The notes under the pieces were generated by a model. The model saw nothing but the letters and a program-made list of their open reading frames with translations, ran no database searches and was not told where the DNA came from. A program made the position numbers and the translations under genes. Shown here piece by piece: positions 49,590-61,377 of a stretch of 64,000 nucleotides of DNA (positions are counted from its first letter, which is position 1; each line of letters opens with the position of its first letter). This stretch comes from Camelus dromedarius (lineage: Eukaryota): NCBI RefSeq assembly GCF_036321535.1, contig NC_087437.1, forward strand, positions 100,194,001 through 100,258,000, given 5' to 3'.

Positions 49590-52148
49590 TAATCCTATTC
49601 CTTCATTTTGCTGATGAGGCAACTCTGAGGATGAAGTCACTTGGGTGGGTAGGTAGGGGACACACTGAGATAACCAAGGGTTCTCAACATACCGTGTAGT
49701 TCTCTTCCCATCAAATCACACTCAGCTAAGAACAAATTATTTGTACAATGGTGAGAAGATAAATCCTGTAAAGTCTAATGAAACTGTGTGATTCATTAGA
49801 GAAGGAATGAGCAAGAAGTCAACAGATTTAGAAGAACCTGCTTACTTAAGATGACCACTCTGGGTAAGATCATCTGGACTGAAAGTAAAGTAACCACAAG
49901 GGTTGTCGGTGGTGGTGGCACTTCTAAATAGGCACAGTGAGAAGTAATGGGAACTAAAAAAAAAAAAAAAAAAAAAAAAAATTCCAGATTCCAACTGCCA
50001 AATAAAGGAAACTGTGCAAGAAACAACTTGGCTGGATAAACAGAATTAGTTAAAATCTGAGATTTATTCTGAATCAGACAAAGCTGGACTACTTAGCACC
50101 TCTATTCATTTGTAACTTCCTCTCTGTATAAACTTTACACTGATTCTGAGCACGTATTTAAGGTTCCTTCAAGCCTCATCCTTGAGAAAGAAAATATAAA
50201 AGAGAACTCCCAGGTTCGCGGGAACTGAGAATGGAAATTACACTGGAGCTAGAGATCAAATTTTTCTCAGACTGACCTTGCAAATTTAGAATGTTTTAAA
50301 AATTAAATTGGGAGAAACGTCAATTAATTGAAAAACGTCAATTAATGTTGTAGGTCAAATAATATCTATTGGCAGAGGAGCAAGAGACAAAGGAAATTTT
50401 ATTGTTGTTGCTTTGTTTTCCCACCAACAGCTCTAATCTCTTCATCCTCCAAGTCAACTCTAATTTCAGATGGACTTTAGGTTCCAAGACTTAGAGAAAT
50501 ATAGCCTTATCTGGGATAAAAACTGCTTGTCTTACTATCTCACTTTTATTTTCTATAGCAAACATTTTGTACTACTTCTCAACCTTTTTCAATATCCAGA
50601 TTAATCTTTCAATATATAATTATCCTACCTCAGTTTATGATCCCCATCATACAGCAAGTGATATAATTTTGTGACACACTTTCAGACTATTTATCTTAGC
50701 TTCCTGTTTTTACATACACACACACACACACAAAGTTTCCATTTTTCATTTCAAGTTGAATGTTGTGCCTAAAGATACATGGTAAAATCTCCGTATCTAC
50801 CATCCATTCTCTTTTCTGTTTGGTTTTTTTTTCAATCTCAAATCGTTTCAATTTCAAAATAAATCTGACTCAGTGTTAATCGTGGAAACTCACCCCCAAC
50901 ACCTACTCCTCTACATTTGTCCCTTAATCCAAAATTCCTACATTTTTTCCTAACAGAATCCATATACAGGTAAGAGTAGTCAAAAAAGTAGGTGTGCATT
51001 CCAAAACTTGCTTCCTAATAAAGCAGAGTCCTCAAGCCATCTTCCCAGAACCTTGATTCCACTGCATTTTTAGTTTGTGAAGAGGTGGCTTAAATGAGTG
51101 CATCTGGGCCATTAAACTTAGTGCTATTTGATAAAATTCATGACTCTAGACAGAGCTCTTACAAAGCATGAACTAACATAGCAAGCATGTCCTCAAATTC
51201 CAGAGGTGGTCAATCTTGTTTGGGGGAAAGTAGGCAGTCTCTCCTGTCTGGGGTGGAAACACCATGTGGGATGAAAATTAGAGCCTGTGTGATAAAGAAA
51301 GGTCAATTTGTAAGAGGGTCTTGAAGTCCATTACTTCAAATTTTCATCTAATTTCAAAAACAGTTGGGAGCCCCTAAAGGCTTTGGAGAAGGGCAGTAAT
51401 CTGATCAGAGGACCACTGGAAGATGAGCCTTGTTGCTTGGAAGAGAACAGTTGAAGAAGATAAAAGGTAAAATTTTGGTCACTCGAACTACTGCTAAAGG
51501 TGTTCGCTGGTAGCTATTATGTATTTCACATTGTTGTACAAAGAGTAGCTTCTCCCAGGAGATGGGAAAGCAAGCATTTCATAGATAAGTCAGCTAAAGA
51601 AATAAAGAGTTTGCAGAGATATAATACCCAGCTGACTGCCTGCCAATCATTTGTCCACACAAATATATCATCTCCTAAATGTCTGATTTTTCAGAGGTAA
51701 ACTGAAGTCAGTTTTATTTTGAGCACTTCAGACCCTGACCTTGGATTTGGGACTGTGTCACTGACTTCTTGAGTGACCTTTGGCAAACCATGGAACTTTT
51801 TTTTATTCTAAATCTTCTTGGGTATTTCAAAAACAAGCTTTGAAATCACTGGAACATGTGATCTATCTTTAATCTTTAGGATTCTTGCTGGGCTCTAAGA
51901 AAGTTTCTCTTGATTCATTCTGATTCCTTAAATGTTGTCTCCCAGATCTTTAGGGGTTTTGGGTTTTGGGGGGTTTTTTGTTTTGTTTTTTTGTAGAATG
52001 TAGTGCTCCACAGAGTTGTACGAACATCTCTTTAAGAAACACCCATTTTAAAAAGAATTTGTATCTATTTTATATAAAAATATAAATTGCACTACATGCT
52101 TCCCTGCCTTCTTCAGCAGTGTCCTGAATATGATTTCATGTTTTGTTG

Positions 52149-52260
52149 ATGACTCAGCACTGTGCTAAACATCTTTTACCACGGCAAGCTGTGACTCATG
52201 ACGTGTGACACAACCACCAAGAGAGTGAGTGCAATGAAAACCTACCTACTTACAGGAAGT
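52149..52260. promoter_or_regulatory. Candidate ARE/AP-1/CRE/ETS enhancer cluster
   Basis: ATGACTCAGCA (52149-52159), TGACTCA (52192) overlapping ATGACGT, ACAGGAAGT (52252). Confidence 0.45.
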
Positions 52261-52897
52261 TCAGAAAAAAGCAGCAGTAAGAGACTGTTTGCTTTCTAAC
52301 TACTCGTTTCACCCCTGAACTCTGATGTATCACTTTAGGAAGGATTTCGGCAAAGTAGAGCATTTTAGGGCAGCTAGGATGGTAAATGGTCTAGAAATAA
52401 GGTCCAGTCAGGGAAATGACTGAAAGAATTAGAGAAGCTTCACTTACAAAGAGAAAACCCAGAGAAGATAAATATTTAAATGTTGGTAGTATTGTCTTGT
52501 GAAGATGCCTTAGATATAAATCATAAGCACCAAGAGCAGAGAACCAGTGCATAAAAATTACTATAGGGAAGCAGATTTTGATTCATTGTGAAAGGAACTC
52601 ATTTTTGCAATTCACTTCAGTTCACAATTTATGTGCAAGATCTTATTTAGTTTCACAGGTATTAGAGAGATGAGCAAATCAAAGTACAGGCCTCCTAAAA
52701 GAGACATTAGCCTACTGAAACTGGAATGTGGAGTGTGTAAGGCGGAAAGCAAGACCATCGGAAAAGCAGATGGAACCAGACCTTGGAAGAACTGGAAAAC
52801 TAAGTTGAGGATTTAGGTTGTTTTAAACAGGCAGTTGGGAGTGATAAAGCCTTTTAAAATCCTTTTCAACTCAAATTTAAATTAGAAAAGTAATTTT

Positions 52898-53167
52898 TAT
52901 TTTTTTATTGAAGTATAGTCAATTTACAATGTGTTAATTTTGGGCATACAACATAGTGATTCAGTTATATATATATATATACACACACATACACATTCAC
53001 ATACATGCACATACATATATTCCTGTTCATATTCTTTTTCATTATAGGCTATTACAAGGTACTGAATATAGTTCCCTGCTATACAGTATCAAATCACCTT
53101 CTTATTTATCTACTTTATATGTAGTAGTTAGTATCTGCAAATCCCAAACTCCCAATTTATCCCTCCC
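52898..53167 (-). mobile_element. L1 3' end (cetartiodactyl/camelid type)
   Basis: ATTGAAGTATAGTCAATTTACAATG...GTTCCCTGCTATACAG...CCCAATTTATCCCTCCC; 15-bp TSD TAGAAAAG(T/C)AATTTT at 52883 and 53168. Confidence 0.92.
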
Positions 53168-53324
53168 TAGAAAAGCAATTTTAAAAGTTAAATAGATTTA
53201 TTAGTAAAAATACAAAGAAAACAAAATATATTATGTACAAAGTAGAAGTTCACCACCAAACCCAATTCCCAGAGGTCACCATGAACAATGTAGCTTGTAA
53301 CTTTACTTAATTAACCTTTCTGTG

Positions 53325-53810
53325 GCTCAAGCTTCACATCTATAATAACACTTAAGAATAGTGCCTACCTCATAGAGGCTTATGAGAATTAAATGAATAA
53401 TTGTCAGAACCAGGAAGGCAGGGATTTCATCTAGTTCAAGGTTTCTCAGCCTCTGCCCTGTTGACATTTTAGGCTGAATAACTCTGTGCCGTGCGAAGCT
53501 GTCTTGTGCACTGGAGGACAGGCGGCAGCATCCCTGGCTTCCACTCACTAGGCGCCAGGAGCAAGCCGCCTCCACACAAGCTCTTGTGACAACCAAAAAT
53601 GTCTGCAGGTGTGGCCAAATGTCCCCTGGGGGCAGAATCCCCCCAGGTTGAGAACCACTGGTCTCATTTACTGCTGAATGCCTCTCACTCAGCAGAGCAT
53701 ATGATAAATATTTGTATTTATTGAACTGAATGAATGAAAAGAGTTGATACATGTAAATCTCCTTGAACTTAGGAAGCATGCATATAGGAAGCCCTCAGTA
53801 ACTGTTAGCA
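53325..53810 (+). mobile_element. MIR split by an L2 3' end (~53403-53738), itself split by MER20
   Basis: MIR CTACCTCATAGAGGCTTATGAGAATTAAATGA resumes at GATACATGTAAA..CTCAGTAACTGTTAGC; L2 GAAGGCAGGGATT..|..CATTTACTGCTGAA..TTGAACTGAATGAATGAA. Confidence 0.6.
53437..53660. mobile_element. MER20 hAT-Charlie MITE, full length
   Basis: CAAGGTTTCTCAGCCT..TTGACATTTT..CAGCATCCCTGGC..GTGACAACCAAAAATGTCT..CCAAATGTCCCCTGGGGGCAGAATC..GGTTGAGAACCACTG. Confidence 0.93.
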
Positions 53811-53829
53811 GTGATAGTTTTTTTATACT

Positions 53830-54120
53830 ATTTTCCTATAGAACTATACCATATGTAATTATTTCCACATAAATGGAATCCTATTATTATGTGTACTTCA
53901 CTGCAGTTTGCAATTTTTCACTAACAATGTATCTTGAACATCTTTTTATATCACCACACGTAGATGTAGCTCTATCTCAATCACTTTCTATGGAACCATA
54001 ATATTCTAGTATATGGAATACATTCTACTATATCATTTGTCCAACTCACTATTGATGGATATTTAGGTTAATTCCAACTTATTGCCATCATAAACAAAGC
54101 TACAAAGAACATTTTCCATT
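53830..54120 (-). mobile_element. L1ME-like 3' region
   Basis: ACATAAATGGAATC; TTTTTCACTAACAATGTATCTTGAACATC; CTATTGATGGATATTTAGGTT. Confidence 0.65.
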
Positions 54121-54182
54121 AAGAATTTTTAACAAAGTAATGACACAATCAGAGCTATGCAATGTACTGTGCCCTAACTTTA

Positions 54183-54257
54183 TTTTTCTAAATATTATAA
54201 ATTTTATTTTTTTGAAAATTAAATAATTTTTAATTGAAGTATAGTTGGTTTATATTA
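54183..54257 (-). mobile_element. Ultra-short L1 3'-tail insertion
   Basis: TTTTTAATTGAAGTATAGTTGGTTTATA is the L1 terminus; perfect 13-bp TSD TGCCCTAACTTTA at 54170 and 54258. Confidence 0.85.
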
Positions 54258-54349
54258 TGCCCTAACTTTAAAAGGGATTCTGTATTCAGAGTTCTCCAAA
54301 GAAACAGAACCTATAGGACATGGATGGTAGACAGACAGGCATAAATAGG

Positions 54350-54835
54350 TTTTTTAAATTTAAGTTTTTATTGACACATAGTTGATTAACAACATTGTGT
54401 TAGTTTCTGGTGTACAGCTCAGTAATTCAGTTACACATATATATTCTTTTTCATTATAGGTTACTACAAAATATTGAATATAATTTATTTCCTGTGCTAT
54501 ACAGCAGGACCTTGTTGTTTATCTACTGTACATATAGTAGTTTGTATCTACAAGTCCCCAAATCCTAGTTTATCCCTCCCCGACTCTCTCTTTGATAACC
54601 GTAAGTTTATTTTCTATGTCTGGGAGTCTCTTTCTGTTTTGTAAGTAAGTTCACTTCTGTCACTTTTTTAGATTCCACGTATATGTGATATCATATGATA
54701 CTTGTCTTTCTCTGACTTACTTCACTTAGTATAATAATCCCTAGATCCATTCATGTTGCTGCAAATTGCATTATTTCATTCTTTTTTATAGCTGAGTAGT
54801 ATTCCTGTGTGTGTGCGCGTGCACACCACAACTAT
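54350..54835 (-). mobile_element. L1 3' end inside MLT2
   Basis: TTGTGTTAGTTTCTGGTGTACAG..TTAGATTCCAC..CTGACTTACTTCACTTAG..CATGTTGCTGCAAAT..GCTGAGTAGTATTCC. Confidence 0.9.
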
Positions 54836-54971
54836 TTTGTTGTTGTTACTTTTTGGGAGGGGGTAATTAGGTTTATTTATTTATTTATTTATTTTCAGAG
54901 GAGCTACTGGGGATTGAACCCAGGACCATGTGCATGCTAAGCATGTGCTCTACCATTGATCTATACCCTCC
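54836..54971 (-). mobile_element. tRNA-derived SINE (Vic-1-like)
   Basis: GGTAATTAGGTTTATTTATTTA..TACTGGGGATTGAACCCAGGACC..GCATGCTAAGCATGTGCTCTACCA..CTATACCCTCC. Confidence 0.92.
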
Positions 54972-55256
54972 AAAGGGATTTACTTTAACAATTTTTTATA
55001 TGAATATGGAGTTGGGAAAGTCCAAAATCTGCAAGGTGGGGCCAGCAGGCTGGAGACTCAGAGAAGAGCCAATGATATAGTTCAAGTATAAAAGCCATCT
55101 CCTGTGAAATTCCCTCTTTCTCAGGGGAGGTGAGTATTTTGTTCCATCCAGACCTTCAACTGATTGGATGAAGCCCACCCCCAAATTATGGAAGGCAATC
55201 TGCTTTACTCAGAGTTCCCCAATTTAAATGTTAATTCATCCAAAACCTGCCTGACA

Positions 55257-55644
55257 TAAACTATTATTTTGTGTGTGTAGCTCTCAGCATTAAATTTTTC
55301 CTGTTATTTCTGAGGATATTTTTAAATTTATTGTAAACATGTCATTACTTAGAAAGGTTATAGCTTTACATCGGTCTTTTTAAAAAATCTAGTCTGTGTA
55401 TGTCTGCTTATAGAAAAATTTGCAGGTGACTATGCAACCACGTAATATATGTGACAAACACAATTACATACACAGCAAAGTTTAAGTTCACCTGCTTGAT
55501 GTACATTCTTATGTGCAAAATAGACAAATGTGTAACAGGCTAGACAGGATTTTGCAGATCATTAAATTTAAAGCATTATAAGTTTTCACTGTCCGACTTT
55601 TGTAAGAAAACATGTGAGCAGTTGTTGGTGAAAAAAAAAAAAAA
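55257..55644 (+). pseudogene. Retroposed non-repeat RNA fragment (truncated processed pseudogene 3' UTR or orphan transduction), source unknown
   Basis: Interrupts otherwise colinear MLT2; ends in A14; flanked by AAAACCTGCCTGACA / AAAACCTGACA. Confidence 0.65.
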
Positions 55645-57984
55645 CCTGACAGAAACGTCCAGAATGATATTTGACCGCACCATCACCCAATCAATGACAC
55701 ATAAAATTAATCAACAAATTCTTTGTCAACTGGAGAGAATTTAGCAGAGGCAGTCTAACCACCTGAGAGAAGAACTACAGAGGTGAACCACGTGCTGACT
55801 GGGAGGCTTGGCTGGACGACCTCTGTGTTCATCTGGGGCTCTGAGTCTGGACTGTGGTGATGATGCCTCCAGGGAGAGTGACGCGTGCCTTTCTCCCCGC
55901 TCATCACAGCAGTAGACGAGGGTTTTCTTGCGGTCTATGTGCTGACTATTTAGAATTCTTCAGTCTTCTTGGAGCTGTCAGGCAGTCAACGGTCACTTCT
56001 TGATGTTACTGTTGTGTCTGCCTCGAGCAGCTAGTAATGGATGTGAAAGCCCTTTGTGTAATTGTTAATGCCAAGGAAATATGCAGCAGTGCGCCGCTCT
56101 AGTCTCCTGTGGGCTACGTGAACCCAGATAACCAAGCTTATTATAATCATGTGTAAAATTTAAGTAAATAAATAATGAGTGAAGGCCTGAGTGGTTTTTT
56201 TATGGCTAAAAAGTACTGACTGACTTAATGCATGAAACTTGTAACATCTATTTCTATGCAGTGAGACTTGGGGGGTTACTCTTAATTTCTCACCCGGCTT
56301 CCAGATATGGGAGATGGCTGGGTGCGCGAGTTTCACATCAGTGTCGCATTGTCCTAAATTACCTATCATTTCTGCCTAAATTATCTGTGGAACAAGGCAC
56401 CAAATACACAAATAAATATCTTAAATAAGCACACAAATAATAATTCCCCAATCTCAATGAGTACTTTCCTACTCATTAGTTGAAAAATCACTAGTCTCTC
56501 TGCTTTGCTGCCTAGTATGAAGTTCCTTTATAGGTGAAAGTCAGGTTCATGGTCACGAAATAAGGTTAGAAATTCAGAGAAGGGAAGAAATCTACTAATT
56601 TAAAATGTACCGCTATTTACCATCAGCTACTACTTTTTAGCACCTAGGTATTAAAATACGTAATGATTAAGAGCTAAGCGAATTCCATAATCTGTCATCA
56701 TTCTTCCACTTCAAGAGGCCCGTTGTTAACCTTTCCATTAATTCTAGATCTTTTAGATCTTCCTAAATCAACACCTACTCTAAATTACCGCTCAAATTAA
56801 ACCCTAGTTTTACATCTGCAGCCTCTCTGTTCTAGTCTGAAAAGCCTACAAGCTTTTCTGTCTAGTCCCCACTTCTACCTCATCCCAGAATCTGGCATGA
56901 AGCCTGGACTTTCACAAATCCACTTGCTGGCAAGCAAATCCTCTACCAAACAGCTCTCTCACATGTCTGTGTATTAAAGATAGCAAATATGACTCAGTAC
57001 AGCTTCTTACTCCAATTAAAGGGCAGCTCTCGGCCCCAGGGATGGCAGAGGGGAGAGGGGCAGCGGATAAAGAAGGGGAGAACCATATTCAGAAATGATT
57101 TTCTAAACTTCATACTGATGTTGAACTTGTCCCTACTATTTCCAGCAGAAAATGTATTTGCTGGTAATTGTATGGGGAATTTTTTTTAACTCATCTTCCT
57201 AGGGAGGCATGCTTCCTTAAGCATCTGCAGTGGCTAATTTGACACTGTCATGTTTATTCATGGGTCACACTGTTCAGACTAATACCATAATAATGGCCCA
57301 AGTTTCAAAAATGGCTTTTGCCAGACTTTCGCCTTAACATTCCGAATGAACCTTTTAGGTCAGTCATTCCTTCATTCAGGAATCATTACTGAACACTTTC
57401 TATGGTGGGCAGAACTTCCAGGTTCCCCAACTCCAGAGAGCACTATTTTCATTACATTCCCTGGAGCCGAGCCACAGAGGGCATTCCCTGCAGTTGTATA
57501 TTTAGTGAAGGTCATTTAAAAAGTATGAATGACGTAGTCACCTAGCCTGGGCCCTCTGAGAGTGATTAACAAACATTTTTCAATAAGCAGATTATTGTAC
57601 ATTCATTATGTTATTCATTCATACATGCTGGTTATTCATTAATGAACAGCCCAGGTGTGTGTTCTTCTGGCCAAGACACCAGAAACCTCCATCTGGTGCC
57701 TCTCTCTCTACCCCTGACGTGAAAGTATACTTAGTGACCAATGTAAGCACAAAGCAGGCAGACATTCGAAACCAACTATGAACTTGGCAATAAAAATATC
57801 AGTTTCATTGAAACTTTCTGTCTTGTAAAATGTTGATAATGCTTATCAACCAGCAGAATAAAGTCCAGCCCTGCACCCCAAACAGCTGACATGACCCTCA
57901 TTGACAACAGAAAGTCAAGTTCGATTATCATGACCATTCTTTCTATTTTTTTTAATCAAGCTATAACAACCACCAAAAAATGTT

Positions 57985-58025
57985 TCTTTTTTTTTTTAAT
58001 TAAAGTATAGCTGTTTTACAATATT
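57985..58025 (-). mobile_element. Ultra-short L1 3' tail
   Basis: T-run followed by AATTAAAGTATAGCTGTTTTACAATATTG. Confidence 0.6.
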
Positions 58026-60099
58026 GCTTCACTTTAATACTACCAACCCAGGAAGGTCATAAAAATCTAATCATGAAGGATTTATTTATTATCATCTGTA
58101 AAAGTGTTCTTTCAGTAAGAGAACTTTTTTCCTAATAGTAACCGACCTTTGCTATAATTCTTTTTCACCCCTGTCAAGCATTTCTAAGACTTGACACAAC
58201 TACTTATGTTAGTTGGATCAAAAACACCTTGTGATTCAGGTGGAAATAATTCTTCAAACAGGAATTTATATGACGCTGCCTTTTACCATTCATTAAGCAC
58301 CTTTTTATGTTGGGCCTACTTGTAATGTGTATTAATGTCAGCTTGTAAGAGGCAATGGCATTCAGCATTTTCACTAGTTTATAATAAGAAGTCACATTTC
58401 AAATAAACTTCACTCAATACTAGTCTGTACCGACTGAGTGCTGGAAGGAGGCGGGCACAGATGACTTAGACATGTGATGTGCTCGCTATATGCATGCAGT
58501 CTGGTGCCTGAGACACACACCCACTCAAAAGGCAAACTAACAATGGCTACGACCATGGATTAAACGAAGAGCTTTGAGAATATGGGAAGATTAATTCCAA
58601 CTGGGGGATTTGCTAGTGTGTGCAGTGACCACGTGGGAATGTCAGAAGAGTGCGTAAACAAGGAGATTACGGAATGAAGAGAGATTGGAGAATTAAGAAT
58701 GGAAGTCTGCTTGAGGAATTCAGACTTAACCCATGTAAATCCTGGATCCTGAAAGCAACTTGCTCAGATTTGTGTTTCCTTAGCCCGCTCTTATGCATTC
58801 TCCCTGTTTCATGCCGGGGACAATCTAAATCTATTTTTTAAGCTCTAAGAAGTCTCCCCCACCCCACCTCCCCTTGCCCATCCTGCTCCTGTAAGAGCGC
58901 TCCGCTTCCACCACACACGTGCCCTTTGACCTCCCAGCACGTCTTGAACTCTGTCATCTCTGCGGTTTCCCTCAGACTCTGTCACTGACCTGGAATCCTT
59001 CCCCATTCTTCTCCAGCTACCCAATTTAAACAGTCAGCATTTATCTAAACTGTGTGTGTGTTACTTTTTTATTTTTTTAACTGAGGGCCTAAGCACATAT
59101 CAAGCAGTGTGTGATATGCAAAGTCATACCAGATCAGGCCACTACTAATCAGGGACTTCACTGCCTATGTAAATTCTCTCCATGCTTTGAAAGAATGTCT
59201 CCACACCAGCCTGGCCTATGAAATTCAGTGGTATATTCAGAAATGTTGGCACCAATTACATAAATGATCTGAACTATTCCACTGACCTCCCTTTAAAAAA
59301 AAATGTTATTTGAAACATGTGTATCATTGTTTACTTTTTCATCTGTTAAATAATTTCAAGCTCCTTCACAATAGGGATCCTATTTCATCTATCTTTGTTT
59401 TTTCTAATAGCACAAATTTAAAAGTTTTCTATATTATAGGTGCTATAGGTGCTTAATAATTGATCCTTACAGAAGTAGTTAATGACAAATAATATTAGCA
59501 TATGTATAATATGTTAATATACATCTAATATATATTAGCATAATGGACCAGTGCTAAGATTCACTGCATGTATCTGCACATTCTTAAATTTCATGAACCA
59601 ATAATTTTTTTAAATTAATGCATATATTTGCATGTATATATGACAAAAGTTTATTTTCCTAATTAAGATTACTTCAAAAATCCACTGTTACATAATTTAT
59701 ACCATCATGAATTTGTTGTGCAAAAAAATCTGCTAACCTGCTACCAGATTTTCATAACGCTGAAAAAAAATCAATTTTTCATAAAAGTAGATGACACATT
59801 ACCTTAGAATAAAGTGTAGGATTTTAAATTGAATAAATAGGAAAAAATCATCACAGCATCCTATTTTGTCATTTAAATCATTTAAGACTTCTATAGAAAT
59901 CTGGAGATGAGAAAGTGAAAGCTAGAAAGAAAACATCGTCATCACTGAGTGAGTTTTTCAATTAATCCTTACAAGAATCCTGTAGAGCAGGTCTCAATAG
60001 TTATAGTCAGACTCAGAGAAGTCAAATAATTTACCCAACTAAGCTCCCTAAAACCCAGTATCCAAACCTAGGTGTCTGTGACTCTCTCTACTCTGTCTC

Positions 60100-60275
60100 C
60101 TGGTACTACAAGGGAGTACAGGGAAACTTCAAGGAGGTGGTGGCATTTTGAGTTGAGTCTCTGGTGGCATTTTGAGTTGGGCCTATAAGGAATGATAGGT
60201 TTCTGTGTGCAGAGATTGAGGGTAAAACATTCCAGTGTAAGGAACAACTGTGTTAACTCATAAAAGCAGGGAACA
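60100..60275 (-). mobile_element. L2 fragment with internal 24-bp duplication
   Basis: GGAGGTGGTGGCATTTTGAGTTG..AAGGAATGATAGG..CATTCCAG..GGAACAAC. Confidence 0.6.
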
Positions 60276-60281
60276 AAATGA

Positions 60282-60649
60282 ATGCTATGACGAGCATCCC
60301 AGATCCCCTCTAGGACTGAGGCATTCATTCCCCCAACAGCTGGCAGGCTGGCGTGTGATGGCTCCCTGGGATTTGCCGTCAAAAAAAACCCCAGATTTCC
60401 CATGAGTAGCCCACACAAATTACTACTTAATGTACTTAACGTTGGATGGAGAGTGGGAATATGAAGCCTAACGCCCTTGCCTCAAGGTGGAGCATCGTGA
60501 AGGGTCAACCCAGCTCCAGAACTCTTTGTTGCAACTGCATCTCCTCCATCTTCTGCCCAATCCTACCTACATCCTTCACTTCTCAATAAACTCTCTTCAT
60601 GCACATCTCTGTCTCTGAGTCTACTTCCCAGGAAAGTGGACCTAAGACC
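60282..60649 (+). mobile_element. ERVL LTR (LTR16-like)
   Basis: CCCAGATCCCCTCTAGGACTGAGGCATTCATTCCCCCA; TTCTGCCCAATCCT; AATAAACTCTCTTCATGCACATCTCTGTCTCTGAGTCTACTTCCCAGG..CCTAAGAC. Confidence 0.75.
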
Positions 60650-61069
60650 ATTGGAAATACAACAATCAATCAATCAGTAAACTAAGACAGTATGGGATAT
60701 AACAATGATAAAAGAGAGATGAAATTCTGTTTGGAGAAAACCTTGAATTCTGTGCTAAGGAATTTGGACTTTATCCTGTGAAACAAAGGTTTCCAAAGTA
60801 GAGTGGCTAAAAGGGTGCTCAGGAATATAGGAAGAAAATATTTATTATTATTCATACTTTTATAAATATCTGATTTTCTGTTTTATAATACAGATAATAT
60901 ATTAGCATAGTACATACACACAGGTATTTGTATGTGCTCTAATTTTTTTTAACTAATAGATGTGTGCAATCAAAAATTGAGATCACAGCTATAGACATTG
61001 GGAAAGTCAATAAGGTCTTTTTTTTTTCTTTTTTTGAAAGGAAAGATACATTCAGGACAAAAGTTAGAC

Positions 61070-61238
61070 TAGTGGTTCTCAACCTTCAACCCAGGAGAAT
61101 CACCTGGGAACTATTAAAAAATATTGATGACCAGGCCCCACCCCAAACCAATTATATCAGTTCTCTGGGTTAAGGCAACAGCATCAATATTTTTCTTTTC
61201 CCCTGATGCTTCTAATGGGCTCAGGTTAAGAACCACTG
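61070..61238. mobile_element. MER5-like MITE
   Basis: TIRs TAGTGGTTCTCAACC...GGTTAAGAACCACTG; internal GAATCACCTGGGA..CCAGGCCCCACCCC. Confidence 0.8.
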
Positions 61239-61247
61239 AACTAGAGG

Positions 61248-61377
61248 GGAGGAGGGTATAGCTCAGTGGTAGAACAAGTACTTAGCATGCACAAGGTCCT
61301 GAGTTCGAATCCCCAGTACCTCCATTAAATAGATAAATAATTACCCCTCCCCCTACAAAAAACAAAAACAAAAAAAC
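61248..61377 (+). mobile_element. tRNA-derived SINE (Vic-1-like)
   Basis: GAGGGTATAGCTCAGTGGTAGA..CTTAGCATGCACAAGGTCCTGAGTTCGAATCCCCAGTACCTCC; TSD CTGAACTAGAGG at 61236 and 61380. Confidence 0.93.

Larger units (their letters stand above)
54281..55716 (-). mobile_element. ERVL solo LTR (MLT2B-like) interrupted by several insertions
   Basis: TGTATTCAGAGTTCTCCAAAGAAACAGAACC...CAAAATCTGCAAGGTGGGGCCAGCAGGCTGGAGACTCAG...CCTTCAACTGATTGGATGAAGCCCACC...GACACATAAAATTAATCAACA. Confidence 0.88.

Noticed and set aside
60138..60179. Direct repeats TGGTGGCATTTTGAGTTG x2 (and similar pairs at ~46160, ~16495, ~10385) as an array or CRISPR-like structure
   Set aside because: Only two copies each, inside old repeats; ordinary slippage duplications in a mammalian genome.
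61248..61325. tRNA gene-like A/B boxes (also at 9489, 27900, 42920, 54900)
   Set aside because: Followed by the shared SINE tail, with TSDs on several copies; these are SINE heads, not tRNA genes.
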